This document shows, piece after piece, positions 1 to 8,139 of a DNA stretch of 64,000 nt; the stretch's first letter is position 1, and the number at the start of each line of letters is the position of its first letter. This stretch comes from a virus. Lineage: Duplodnaviria > Caudoviricetes. The notes below the pieces were generated by a model, which saw nothing but the letters and a program-made list of their open reading frames with translations, did not search any database and was not told the DNA's origin. The translations under genes were made by a program, and so were the position numbers. The stretch lies in IMG/VR virus record IMGVR_UViG_3300006752_000009; one strand, 5' to 3'.

Positions 1-521
1 GCCATTATTTGACGACCATCCTCTGTAATCTCACGCTCAATCATAAGAGCAGGTCTGCGTACTAAATAGTTAGGCCATTTCTCATACCACTTAGAGTAGA
101 AATCATCTTCGGACACTTCACGAGTGGTCTTGTCGGGATTAGGCATATTGGGATCAGCCACATGAACAACATAGCTTCCCTTTTCACCAGTCACATCAAA
201 GATTAAGCTCGCATGACTCCAATCCCTACCTTCTGGATTCCAAGCGATGAGGACAGGTTTGCCTTGATCAGTCCATGCTTTTACTTGGGTGAGTGTAGCA
301 GGTGTAGTGAGTGTAGCTCTGCAACCAAAGTATTGGGCACAGGCTAATACTTCTTCCCATCTAGCCCCTTGCATGGGTTTAGCACCGATGACTTGATTGA
401 CTTGATCTTCGTTACATTTAACACCCACAGCATTAAGTGCCATGCAGGTAGATGTAGATACGCAACTAAACTGTGAACGCTGTCGTATTGGGTTCACATC
501 AGCTTTTGCTAATCTTTTCAT
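1..521 (-). CDS. C39-like (papain-fold) cysteine peptidase, 3'-truncated by the window edge
   Basis: Absent from the ORF track; translated by hand from ATG 521 (SD AAAGGG): MKRLAKADVNPIRQRSQFSC...DWSHASLIF...VHVADPN. Q14-x5-C20, H103 and D123 match the C39 catalytic arrangement; the frame stays open to position 1. Confidence 0.8.
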   Translation of the reverse strand, partial: MKRLAKADVNPIRQRSQFSCVSTSTCMALNAVGVKCNEDQVNQVIGAKPMQGARWEEVLACAQYFGCRATLTTPATLTQVKAWTDQGKPVLIAWNPEGRDWSHASLIFDVTGEKGSYVVHVADPNMPNPDKTTREVSEDDFYSKWYEKWPNYLVRRPALMIEREITEDGRQIM

Positions 522-522
522 A

Positions 523-561
523 ATAGGTCGCCCTTTCTATTGTTAGAAAAGTGCCACCTAT
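523..561 (-). promoter_or_regulatory. RBS-occluding hairpin in the leader of the C39 peptidase gene
   Basis: mRNA AUAGGU-GGCAC-UUUUCUA-acaa-UAGAAAG-GGCG-ACCUAU-u-AUG: two 6-bp stems enclose the SD. Confidence 0.6.
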
Positions 562-574
562 AAAGAGTTTACAA
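560..574 (-). promoter_or_regulatory. Class-2 (putative late) promoter motif TTGTAAACTCTTTAT
   Basis: Fits TA-N5-TTTAT; 38 nt upstream of ATG 521. Confidence 0.5.
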
Positions 575-592
575 ATCTAGTTTCTCTTAAAC

Positions 593-1318
593 TTATTGTT
601 CTTCCAAGTCAGCAGAATCTGTGTGGAGTATCGCATTAAAAATAGAGTCCTCGTCATACACACCATCTCTGTCCTGTTTGATAGACCTAATAGGAACAGT
701 AAGGTGGAATACAGTTCGCTCTGATTTCTCTTGGTCATCAGCTCGATCAATGTATTCAAGCTCCACATTTAGTTTCACATAAGTGCCTTCTACATCTGAG
801 CTTGATGGATCATCAAAGAACTCAACTTGATCTTCAACATCAACAGCGACATATTGTTTGAGGTCATCCCCATAAGACCCTAGCCATTCAAAGATTTGAG
901 TGTTTACATGATCTCGACCTCTACGGCCCAGCTCAACGAGAGCTTGAGGGGTTTCTCTCCTTCGGGCTGATCTTTCGAGTCTTGCGATCCGACCTTCAAG
1001 CTCATGGATAACATCAGACGCTCTGCGAGTCCTAATGCCACTGAGTCGATCTTCGAGTTCTTGCAGTTGTAAGGCATCAAGATTGACTCTTTGCTCTTGA
1101 GCTTCAAGCCCTTCAAGACGCTCTTGCTCTCGGATCAAAGGCTCAAAGTGCTGAATGTCAGCAATGAAGTCTCTGACCCTTCTGATTTCTTCTTCGACAT
1201 CTTCAAGATCAAGGCTCTTGATATAGCCGACATTAACTTTACTAGCATCGCCATCAAGTTGTTTGTACATTTTGATGAGATTATAGAGGTCGATTCTTTT
1301 ACCTGCGTTTCTTCGCAT
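593..1318 (-). CDS. Hypothetical coiled-coil protein, probable virion/head protein
   Basis: 241 aa, SD AGGAGA; heptad-rich middle region containing RRASDVIHELEGRIARLERSA. Confidence 0.7.
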   Translation of the reverse strand: MRRNAGKRIDLYNLIKMYKQLDGDASKVNVGYIKSLDLEDVEEEIRRVRDFIADIQHFEPLIREQERLEGLEAQEQRVNLDALQLQELEDRLSGIRTRRASDVIHELEGRIARLERSARRRETPQALVELGRRGRDHVNTQIFEWLGSYGDDLKQYVAVDVEDQVEFFDDPSSSDVEGTYVKLNVELEYIDRADDQEKSERTVFHLTVPIRSIKQDRDGVYDEDSIFNAILHTDSADLEEQ

Positions 1319-1329
1319 GATTATTCTCC

Positions 1330-1890
1330 TTAGTATTTGAGATCTAGTCCGAGTTTACCGTCAGTACTTGGAACTTTACAGCAGATACCTACGACAGTGG
1401 GGTCAACACCGAGAGCGGCGTTGAGGTTAGCATCGGGATCATTACACAACAATCCATTTTCGCTAACCTTGAGTGGGTCATTAAGGTTGTAGGTGATAGG
1501 ACCAGCGTTGCGTTGTCCATTGACAGCTAAGGCTGTTGTTTCAAACTCTTTGAAGAGTATCCTCGCTCCACCATTCACGAGAGTGAGTACAGCCGCTCCC
1601 GAAGCAGAAGCTAAAGCACCTGTGTTTTGATATGAGGTGAAGTTCCGATAAGTAGACTGTCTCGCTGAAGCGTAGTTCTCTGAACCGTACAAAACAAACC
1701 CTGCCACATATTTCCCATCAGATTTCTCTACAGTAAACTCGGACACCTTATCATCGTTAGGTACATAATAGACCCAAGTTCCACCCTTCCAACCTGTCCT
1801 ACGCATAATAGGACCTGCTGTGCAGGGAGTCTTGTCACCATTCTTTAAAACATCTATGTCATCATTCGTTAAGTTAAGATCAATAGACAC
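1330..1890 (-). CDS. Putative capsid decoration/cement-type protein
   Basis: 186 aa, GTG start with GGAGG SD; Gly-rich beta-type sequence ending VVGICCKVPS..LGLDL, resembling beta-tulip head decoration proteins. The function is inferred. Confidence 0.4.
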   Translation of the reverse strand: MSIDLNLTNDDIDVLKNGDKTPCTAGPIMRRTGWKGGTWVYYVPNDDKVSEFTVEKSDGKYVAGFVLYGSENYASARQSTYRNFTSYQNTGALASASGAAVLTLVNGGARILFKEFETTALAVNGQRNAGPITYNLNDPLKVSENGLLCNDPDANLNAALGVDPTVVGICCKVPSTDGKLGLDLKY

Positions 1891-2408
1891 TATGCCTTAC
1901 CTCCATTTTCTATCTCACCCTTTTGCTTCTTGTCTTGCAAAACATTTTGGACAGCCCTTGCCTTTTCTTTTTTAGAAAGGTGTCTCTCAACCACTTTTTC
2001 TACTAGACTCTTCTTCACTTCAGATTTGGTCTTATCTTTGGTGATAGGCTTGGATTTAGGTAATTCTTCACGACAGGTCGGCACACCCTTGATTTTTTCT
2101 TCGGTTTTAATGATAAACTGATTGAGTGTACTAAGTTCTTTACCACCAGGCTTCTTAACGATTTCTTCGGGTGGTGGTGGAGCGAGGACAGCTTCGCTTT
2201 CAATGAGCTTGTCGTCCTTCTTCATCTCACCCGATTGGATTGCTTTTTCGGCAGTGTCTACCTTGTTGGTTATTGCTTTTGACTCAGCAAGATTTCTAAC
2301 CGATCTCTTGGTCGGGTTGTCAAAGAAGGCAGACTCGGCAGATTGTGCTTTTTCAAGCTCTGCGACTCTTCTCATTAATGAGGCTATTCTGTATTTAAGG
2401 TTGCTCAT
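1890..2408 (-). CDS. Hypothetical Lys/Glu-rich protein (possible scaffold/head protein)
   Basis: 172 aa, SD AGGAG; N-terminus MSNLKYRIASLMRRVAELEKA; PPPP tract; highly charged. Confidence 0.65.
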   Translation of the reverse strand: MSNLKYRIASLMRRVAELEKAQSAESAFFDNPTKRSVRNLAESKAITNKVDTAEKAIQSGEMKKDDKLIESEAVLAPPPPEEIVKKPGGKELSTLNQFIIKTEEKIKGVPTCREELPKSKPITKDKTKSEVKKSLVEKVVERHLSKKEKARAVQNVLQDKKQKGEIENGGKA

Positions 2409-2442
2409 ACTAAACTCCTAAAGGTCTAGTATAGGCAACCTC

Positions 2443-2457
2443 ATAAATAAACTATTA
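2443..2457 (-). promoter_or_regulatory. Class-2 promoter motif TAATAGTTTATTTAT
   Basis: TA-N5-TTTAT, 34 nt upstream of ATG 2408. Confidence 0.6.
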
Positions 2458-2784
2458 CTTTGCTATGTATCGTGGGGAGTCAAAGCTACTATGGATAAAC
2501 TTATCAAAGGGAACACTCCACTGATAATCGGAGTAGTATTCCTCGACTAGATGCACCCGATCATCTCTTGACCAAACCACAGTATCCCCAAAATCATCTG
2601 CATCCACAGGACAAGAGCAGATGTACTTAGTGTCGGACTCTTTTAGTAGTTGCCTGATTGTGTCCATAAAGTCTTTTGGTTCAACCCAACCTATCTCTCT
2701 ACCATGCCCAAAAGGAGTGCCTTTTGGTTGGTACTCACTGATGTGATAGCATAGGTCTTGGTATTCGTCTTGGTCGTAAGTCAT
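2455..2784 (-). CDS. Hypothetical acidic protein
   Basis: 109 aa; ATGA overlap with the AlkB-like gene. Confidence 0.65.
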   Translation of the reverse strand: MTYDQDEYQDLCYHISEYQPKGTPFGHGREIGWVEPKDFMDTIRQLLKESDTKYICSCPVDADDFGDTVVWSRDDRVHLVEEYYSDYQWSVPFDKFIHSSFDSPRYIAK

Positions 2785-3326
2785 GCTACGCTCCTAAAAG
2801 TTAGATTGATTCTACTGTTCACTACCTTTCTTCTAGGTGGTACACAGTGTTCATGATTCAACTGAAATGGGTGTCTCATCACTAAGAGACTCCCATGTTC
2901 TAAAGATATGGTTTTTACTAGACCCTTGTCGTTGTAGGGTCTGTACTTGAAATCCCGACTCGCACCCAAAGAGATAGATGCAATGTTAATCTCATCGCCT
3001 AGTTCTTTTTCGTTATCAGAGTGCCAGCCGACTTTGTGAGATCCATCTTCATACAAGTTAAGTAAGACGGAGTTAAACTCTAGCCCAAGAAAGCTCTCTA
3101 CCCTGCTATTAAGGTCATCAATAACCTTACAGTAAGGTTGTATCTCTTGGGTTGTGTTGGAGTACGAATAAGACTTGCTGTCTTTGCTGTACCAAGCAGT
3201 TTTTCTGGGTGTAAGGTGTGTTTTCCCAAACACTCTGATCTCTTTTTGTTCCCAAGGTACATGAGTCATCAAGTATTTAAAGACACCATCAGCGTCTTCC
3301 AAGAAGTGTGGGTTGTACTGGATCAT
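2781..3326 (-). CDS. alkB: AlkB-family 2OG-Fe(II) dioxygenase (ALKBH2/3-like)
   Basis: PRKTAWY, FNSVLLNLYEDG, HxD (WHSDNE), IASISLGASRDF, LEHGSLLVM, distal H (HEHCVP), RINLTFR. Confidence 0.92.
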   Translation of the reverse strand: MIQYNPHFLEDADGVFKYLMTHVPWEQKEIRVFGKTHLTPRKTAWYSKDSKSYSYSNTTQEIQPYCKVIDDLNSRVESFLGLEFNSVLLNLYEDGSHKVGWHSDNEKELGDEINIASISLGASRDFKYRPYNDKGLVKTISLEHGSLLVMRHPFQLNHEHCVPPRRKVVNSRINLTFRSVA

Positions 3327-4438
3327 ACACGATACCTTTCGATCTCTTGGGTAGGGGCAAGGTTAGGGTCTTGAGTAAACTCATGCCACAACTTGATCTT
3401 GACCCATGTCTTGGTGGTATCTCCTGCTTTATAGGTTCGGGTTCGATCTTCGATGTCGATGATGTCTTCATCTACTACTTGGTGCTTCTCTACATAAGCT
3501 AGGGTTACCCATCGCTCTCTGTAGTGGCTACGCACATTGCGTGGAGTGTAGTGTTCGGGTACAGTGTAGCTTCTAGCACCTGTCTCTTTTGGTTCGCTGT
3601 CTACATGGCGAAAGTAGGTGGTGCGAAACTCACGATACTTCTGCTTGTACCTTGCCCCTTTTGGCTTGCTCTTGCCCTTTTTGGCTTTATGTTTGATCTT
3701 TGTCCGTCCATTAGGGAAGCCGTTGTCTTGGTACACACTTGTGTCCTTGACGAACTGACCCTCGCTGATCATCTCAAGTGCTGTCAAGCCGAAGGCTGCC
3801 GCCTTAGAGTATCCCATCTTTGGAGAGACCTCACCTCGCTGTTCGTGAGCTACGAACTCACCAAACGAAAGCTCCTCATTCAAAGGGAAAGCATAAAAGT
3901 AGCCATTGGTAGCGTGGACATAACACCAATACTCTGGCTGAGTATCTGCAAACTTTTCTTGGGAGAGGTCAGAGATATATGGTCTTTTATCCTCTACCCA
4001 AGATGGTGTTTTCACTAAGAGGATGCCTTTCACCCTTTCAAGTTTTGCATTTTCACCTGTGATGTCGGGGTTGACAGGCATACCCCAACTTGAGAGGTCA
4101 ATCCACACCATGTCTTTATCAAGGTGTGGGATTTTGATCTCTTCTTTTAAGGGTGTGTTCTTAAGGTACTCTTTGACGCTACGATCAAGAACTATGTCAG
4201 CAGGTCGCTTTTTGAGGTAGTTTAAGGCACAGTACAACTCCATTAACGGACTACTCTCCCCCTCAACGAACTCATAAAAGTCATCAGAGGGCTTTCTGAA
4301 CCCTGTGATTGATAGAGCGAACTCGGCTTGTTCTTTGGTTGACCCTTTGTGCTTTAGGGACGCATTGAGTACATCGTGGGTGAGCGTCTGCTTAAGGTGT
4401 GCAAGGTATGAGCCTCTTGGTAGTTTATGTGAACGCAT
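3323..4438 (-). CDS. Hypothetical protein with basic tract and C-terminal RxVRSHYR motif
   Basis: 371 aa, SD AAAGGAG; KHKAKKGKSKPKG; PRNVRSHYRERW resembles the RGHWR-type C-terminus common in phage hypotheticals. Confidence 0.7.
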   Translation of the reverse strand: MRSHKLPRGSYLAHLKQTLTHDVLNASLKHKGSTKEQAEFALSITGFRKPSDDFYEFVEGESSPLMELYCALNYLKKRPADIVLDRSVKEYLKNTPLKEEIKIPHLDKDMVWIDLSSWGMPVNPDITGENAKLERVKGILLVKTPSWVEDKRPYISDLSQEKFADTQPEYWCYVHATNGYFYAFPLNEELSFGEFVAHEQRGEVSPKMGYSKAAAFGLTALEMISEGQFVKDTSVYQDNGFPNGRTKIKHKAKKGKSKPKGARYKQKYREFRTTYFRHVDSEPKETGARSYTVPEHYTPRNVRSHYRERWVTLAYVEKHQVVDEDIIDIEDRTRTYKAGDTTKTWVKIKLWHEFTQDPNLAPTQEIERYRV

Positions 4439-4462
4439 CTTGGTTCTCCTTTCAGAGTGTTG

Positions 4463-4478
4463 ATAAGTAAGGGGTTAC
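4463..4478 (-). promoter_or_regulatory. Class-1 (putative early) promoter GTAACCCCTTACTTAT
   Basis: Invariant 11-mer, 24 nt upstream of ATG 4438. Confidence 0.75.
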
Positions 4479-4693
4479 AGTTTGTGTTGTTGCTTATATG
4501 ACTTTAAATCGAACCTCTCATCTCTTAGCGTTCGCCTAATCTTCTCAAGAGCTTTAGCGACAACCCGATCACCTTTAGGGTAGTAATCCCCATTGGTTTC
4601 AAGCCATGCTGACACTCGGCTCTTGTCCTTAAAGGAGCAAATAACCACCCTAGCTAACACGCTAGACTCTTGGCTGATCTGTTCTGCTGTCAT
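4475..4693 (-). CDS. Hypothetical protein
   Basis: 72 aa, in operon context. Confidence 0.6.
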   Translation of the reverse strand: MTAEQISQESSVLARVVICSFKDKSRVSAWLETNGDYYPKGDRVVAKALEKIRRTLRDERFDLKSYKQQHKL

Positions 4694-4702
4694 ACACTAA
4701 CC

Positions 4703-5320
4703 TTATGCGAGTCGGATGTTTGCTCGGCAATCCCAATATGCCTTTGAGATGACCATTTGAGCCTCGTACTCGTCCTCACTCATGTCGGTGAGCGTACCTC
4801 CATCAAGACCCTTGTAGTTGGCCTCTAGTGCTGTAGGGGTGATGGGAGGAGCGTCCATGCACTCGTCCTCCGAAGCGTTGATGCTTACAAGTTCCCAGTT
4901 GTCGGGAGACAACTCGCTGATGTTATCTCCATCTTGAGCCAACGCTACAGCGTTATAAAACACCAAGTCCACAGTTTTAGCGACTGGCTTCTCATCACGC
5001 ACTACCTCTCGGAAAGGGCGAGGATCTTCCCCCTCGACACGAGAGCGAAAGCCTTCGATGACCTGCTCACCTTCTCGGATGAGAGTGATTGCAGAGAAGA
5101 ACCGATCCATCACCTGCTCATCTGTAAGACGAGCGATGATCACTCGTCCACCTTGATCGTAGCTTGCAGGGCGATAGCCTTCGGAAAGGTTCTCAGACTC
5201 GACCTCGTGGAGAAGGAGAGCGACCTCCTCAAAGGTCATGGAACTGTGAGAGAAAGGACTCTCAGCAGTTTGTCGTTGGCAGAAAGGATTTACTGTTGCG
5301 TTGTTGATTGTGATGTTCAT
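4703..5320 (-). CDS. DUF3228-like protein
   Basis: FRSRVEGEDPRPFR, AKTVDLVFY, WELVSINA, PPITP, GLDGG, AYW follow, in order, the DUF3228 blocks as recalled (YxxRREGELPVL, LDLILYS, WGIVSI, PMxPIT, GGSG, FW). Confidence 0.55.
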   Translation of the reverse strand: MNITINNATVNPFCQRQTAESPFSHSSMTFEEVALLLHEVESENLSEGYRPASYDQGGRVIIARLTDEQVMDRFFSAITLIREGEQVIEGFRSRVEGEDPRPFREVVRDEKPVAKTVDLVFYNAVALAQDGDNISELSPDNWELVSINASEDECMDAPPITPTALEANYKGLDGGTLTDMSEDEYEAQMVISKAYWDCRANIRLA

Positions 5321-5363
5321 CTTGTCTCCCTTTCGTGGAGTGGTTGGTTGATGATGTTTTGTA

Positions 5364-5379
5364 ATAGATAAGGGGTTAC
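5364..5379 (-). promoter_or_regulatory. Class-1 promoter GTAACCCCTTATCTAT
   Basis: 43 nt upstream of ATG 5320. Confidence 0.8.
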
Positions 5380-5431
5380 GATTTACCTAACGACTCGACA
5401 GAGAGCTTTCGGACAGCGAACCTAAAGTTTT

Positions 5432-5611
5432 TTATCCGAGATCGTTTGCGAGGTCATTGGCCTCGATCTCAGCGTCTATCTCATCGAGGTCAAAGATGAC
5501 CACACGCTCTGCTTTGAGCTTGGCTCGCATCTCTTTGACGGTGTAGACCTCGTTGAGATGGAACAGGAAGAGTCGGCAGAGAGCATTTAGTTCTGTGAGA
5601 GAGTGTGTCAT
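5432..5611 (-). CDS. Small acidic hypothetical protein (59 aa, not in the ORF track)
   Basis: MTHSLTELNALCRLFLFHLNEVYTVKEMRAKLKAERVVIFDLDEIDAEIEANDLANDLG; SD AAGGAGA; class-1 motif upstream. Confidence 0.75.
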   Translation of the reverse strand: MTHSLTELNALCRLFLFHLNEVYTVKEMRAKLKAERVVIFDLDEIDAEIEANDLANDLG

Positions 5612-5666
5612 GTGTTCTCCTTGTAAGAGTAGTTGGGGTTGGTAATCAGCCCCTCGACACTATGAC

Positions 5667-5682
5667 ATAGATAAGGGGTTAC
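5667..5682 (-). promoter_or_regulatory. Class-1 promoter GTAACCCCTTATCTAT
   Basis: 55 nt upstream of ATG 5611; back-to-back with the copy at 5736. Confidence 0.8.
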
Positions 5683-5735
5683 GATTTGTCTTTTGTGAGC
5701 CAAATCAAACACTTACGCAAGGTTGAGGTTAATCC

Positions 5736-5751
5736 GTAACCCCTTATCTAT
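5736..5751 (+). promoter_or_regulatory. Class-1 promoter GTAACCCCTTATCTAT
   Basis: 56 nt upstream of ATG 5808. Confidence 0.8.
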
Positions 5752-5807
5752 TGTCTTGTATCGGGGCAGACGATGCCTCCCTAACTCACTCCCAATGGAG
5801 AACAGAC

Positions 5808-5951
5808 ATGACAGTTTCACAAATCATCCTCGCAGTCATCGCAGTCATCGGAACTAGTTTCCTCATGCTCACGATGTACGCTGTATGGCAAGGTCTGATG
5901 GAGGACACAGCGAGGCTTACGATTAAGGTTCGCAACTACACTAAGAGGTAA
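5808..5951 (+). CDS. Small single-pass membrane protein (47 aa)
   Basis: Start moved to ATG 5808 (SD GGAGA); IILAVIAVIGTSFLMLTMYAVW is a hydrophobic helix. Confidence 0.65.
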   Translation: MTVSQIILAVIAVIGTSFLMLTMYAVWQGLMEDTARLTIKVRNYTKR

Positions 5952-5954
5952 AGC

Positions 5955-5970
5955 GTAACCCCTTAATCAT
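5955..5970 (+). promoter_or_regulatory. Class-1 promoter GTAACCCCTTAATCAT
   Basis: 53 nt upstream of ATG 6024. Confidence 0.75.
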
Positions 5971-6023
5971 ATAAGGGTGTAGGTACAGTGCTTACACCCC
6001 CCCACTCTAACAAGGAGATCAAT

Positions 6024-6743
6024 ATGAGTGCCGAGACAATCCTTTACATCATCTTAAGTCTGCTTCGTGCAGACAACGCAACGAACTTGGATACCCCTGT
6101 TGTTCACGACCACTTGGTCGAGGTGAGCCAAGCGATTGAAGCTCACGCTTCACGCACAGTACCAGCAGAGCGTCTTATAAGCCTTGCATACAATGAATCC
6201 CGCTTTGGGTATCGTCATATTCAAAGAGGGTCATTCCCGAAAAGCAGTTGGGGTGCTTGCGGTATATACCAACAAGTAGTGAAATATAGTAAGATCTCCA
6301 CTACCTGTAGGAAACTAGGGACAGATGTTGATCACGCTACCGAAGTCGCTGTTGCTTACCTTGACTACATGATTGATCGTTGGTCAATCCGAGGTAGTAG
6401 TCGTATGGACGAGCGTATGTGTCATTATTTCAGTGGTAATGACTGCGATGACAATAGAGATGGGGAGTTGAACCTTAAAGATGACGCTATGCAATACGCA
6501 TCACGACATCGTAAGATACGCTTAAAGGCTCTTAAAGCTCGTTCTAAGGCTCGTAGAGCTTCTACCTCTCGTAGAGCTAGAAACGCTCGTAGGATCACCA
6601 AAGAGAGCCTTTTCGCAGGTGTCTCAACTCGCAGAAAGACTCGACAAGAGATGACTCGTGAGGAGTGGCTACACGCTCTACGACATGAGCAAGATGAAGA
6701 TCGTAGACGAGAGCTTGCTCTCCCACCTCTAACCTTAGACTAA
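6024..6743 (+). CDS. Lytic transglycosylase (SLT/lysozyme-like) with Arg-rich C-terminal tail
   Basis: Start at ATG 6024 (SD AAGGAG); hydrophobic N-terminus; AYNESRF (catalytic E-S) and GACGIYQ (GAxGLMQ-like). Confidence 0.75.
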   Translation: MSAETILYIILSLLRADNATNLDTPVVHDHLVEVSQAIEAHASRTVPAERLISLAYNESRFGYRHIQRGSFPKSSWGACGIYQQVVKYSKISTTCRKLGTDVDHATEVAVAYLDYMIDRWSIRGSSRMDERMCHYFSGNDCDDNRDGELNLKDDAMQYASRHRKIRLKALKARSKARRASTSRRARNARRITKESLFAGVSTRRKTRQEMTREEWLHALRHEQDEDRRRELALPPLTLD

Positions 6744-6755
6744 GGGAGAGTAGAT

Positions 6756-7313
6756 ATGAGGTTCATGCAAGCATACGACTACTACGAGGTCTTAATGAAC
6801 TACACTTTGCCCTTTGCGTTAAATAAGAGCGACCTAGAGGAAGATGAGGTCTTAGACTACATACATGACTTTTACATCGACCTTCAAGATAATGAAGAGA
6901 GATGGGTAGATGGTGTTCGTCAAGGTACTTATGACCTTGAGAAGTTGAACCCTAAGAACATGAAGCCAATCATCACTAGGTTCTTCTTTCAGTATGTGAC
7001 GAGATCCAAGTACACAGAGGGTAAGTGGGTAGATAGGAGAGCATGGGGTCGCAGGACACAACAAGAACAAATCAAAGGGTGCGACCTTACACCACATCAC
7101 ATCCCACCACCAATGAGTTACGAGATGCACTTAAAGGGAGACTGTGAGCAGTTCATTCAATCGCTATCTCAAGATGAAGCTATAGTGTTAAATCAGCTTG
7201 TTCGTGAGAACAGCAAAAAAGATGTGAGTGGTACAGGTAAGTCAATTTCTAAGAACAAATACTATAAGGTATTTAAGAGTCTACAGACCAAAGCAAGAGA
7301 GCAGTTAATGTAA
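6756..7313 (+). CDS. Divergent sigma-like putative transcription factor, paralogue of 46395..47267
   Basis: Region-2-like DEVLDYIHDFYIDL and region-4-like IQSLSQDEAIVLNQL...HTH; shares FxQYVxRxKYxEG...GxRTQxE with 46395. Confidence 0.5.
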   Translation: MRFMQAYDYYEVLMNYTLPFALNKSDLEEDEVLDYIHDFYIDLQDNEERWVDGVRQGTYDLEKLNPKNMKPIITRFFFQYVTRSKYTEGKWVDRRAWGRRTQQEQIKGCDLTPHHIPPPMSYEMHLKGDCEQFIQSLSQDEAIVLNQLVRENSKKDVSGTGKSISKNKYYKVFKSLQTKAREQLM

Positions 7314-7322
7314 GGAAAGATA

Positions 7323-7754
7323 ATGAGTTATACAAAGAAAGTTGGATCACAGAGGACAATGAAAAGCATAGAAGATTGGTACGGACTCAATAAGACGACA
7401 CCAGATAAATGGTTTGATCGTTGGGGAGGGTTTTTAGCCACCCTCATGGAAGAGATTGGTTATCGACAACAAACCAACCCCCCGATACAAAAAAAGAGGG
7501 GCAAGGATTGGACTGTGGAACTGAGGTTCTCCCACCCTCACTTGGAGAATACTACTCTTTTTCTATCTCGTAAGCGTAGGCAAGAGGGTGGGGAGATACA
7601 CTTTGTGTATGGTCTTGCATATGATGTCATTATTGATACAATGAGTGCTAAGTCGGGGTATCAAATCATGTCGAGGCAAAAGGTCGGAGATGAGATCGTG
7701 CACCATGTCAGAGAGGGATGGTCTAAGAGCAGGAATGTTGACCAAGAAGATTAA
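7323..7754 (+). CDS. Hypothetical protein, tandem paralogue A
   Basis: WYGLNKTTPDKWFDRWGGFLATLMEEIGY aligns with the next ORF. Confidence 0.7.
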   Translation: MSYTKKVGSQRTMKSIEDWYGLNKTTPDKWFDRWGGFLATLMEEIGYRQQTNPPIQKKRGKDWTVELRFSHPHLENTTLFLSRKRRQEGGEIHFVYGLAYDVIIDTMSAKSGYQIMSRQKVGDEIVHHVREGWSKSRNVDQED

Positions 7755-7767
7755 AGGCAAGAGGGTA

Positions 7768-8139
7768 ATGAGAAGTCTCCCTGTGTGGAGATGCGTGAAT
7801 AAGAAAACACCAATGAAATGGTTTTCCAAGTATGAGGAGTTCCTCACCGAGTTGGCTTATGAGTTAGGCTTTACCTCTATTGGCATAAGCGAGGTTGAGG
7901 AGATTAGTGAGAGCTTCTTTATCACTATGACATTTCGTCATAGTGAGGGAAAAACTTTCATGTTCAATCTTATGAGGAACAAAGATTTCGTTGGTGGTGG
8001 AATAAGTCTTAAAGTTAAGGGTGTGGAAACAGGCATCTTTGTGACAGCCTCCCCATCAAACGGATCACTCCAAGAATCAAGGACAGACACAGGGAACTGG
8101 TTTATCGAGCAGATCCGAGATCATTGGAACTTAGTTTAG
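7768..8139 (+). CDS. Hypothetical protein, tandem paralogue B
   Basis: Start moved to ATG 7768; WRCVNKKTPMKWFSKYEEFLTELAYELGF. Confidence 0.7.
   Translation: MRSLPVWRCVNKKTPMKWFSKYEEFLTELAYELGFTSIGISEVEEISESFFITMTFRHSEGKTFMFNLMRNKDFVGGGISLKVKGVETGIFVTASPSNGSLQESRTDTGNWFIEQIRDHWNLV

Noticed and set aside
5997-6003. C7 homopolymer (and G7 on the minus strand at 50751-50757) as phase-variation or frameshift sites
   Set aside because: The runs are short. One is in a leader and the other encodes Gly-Gly in an intact ORF, and no broken reading frame needs explaining.
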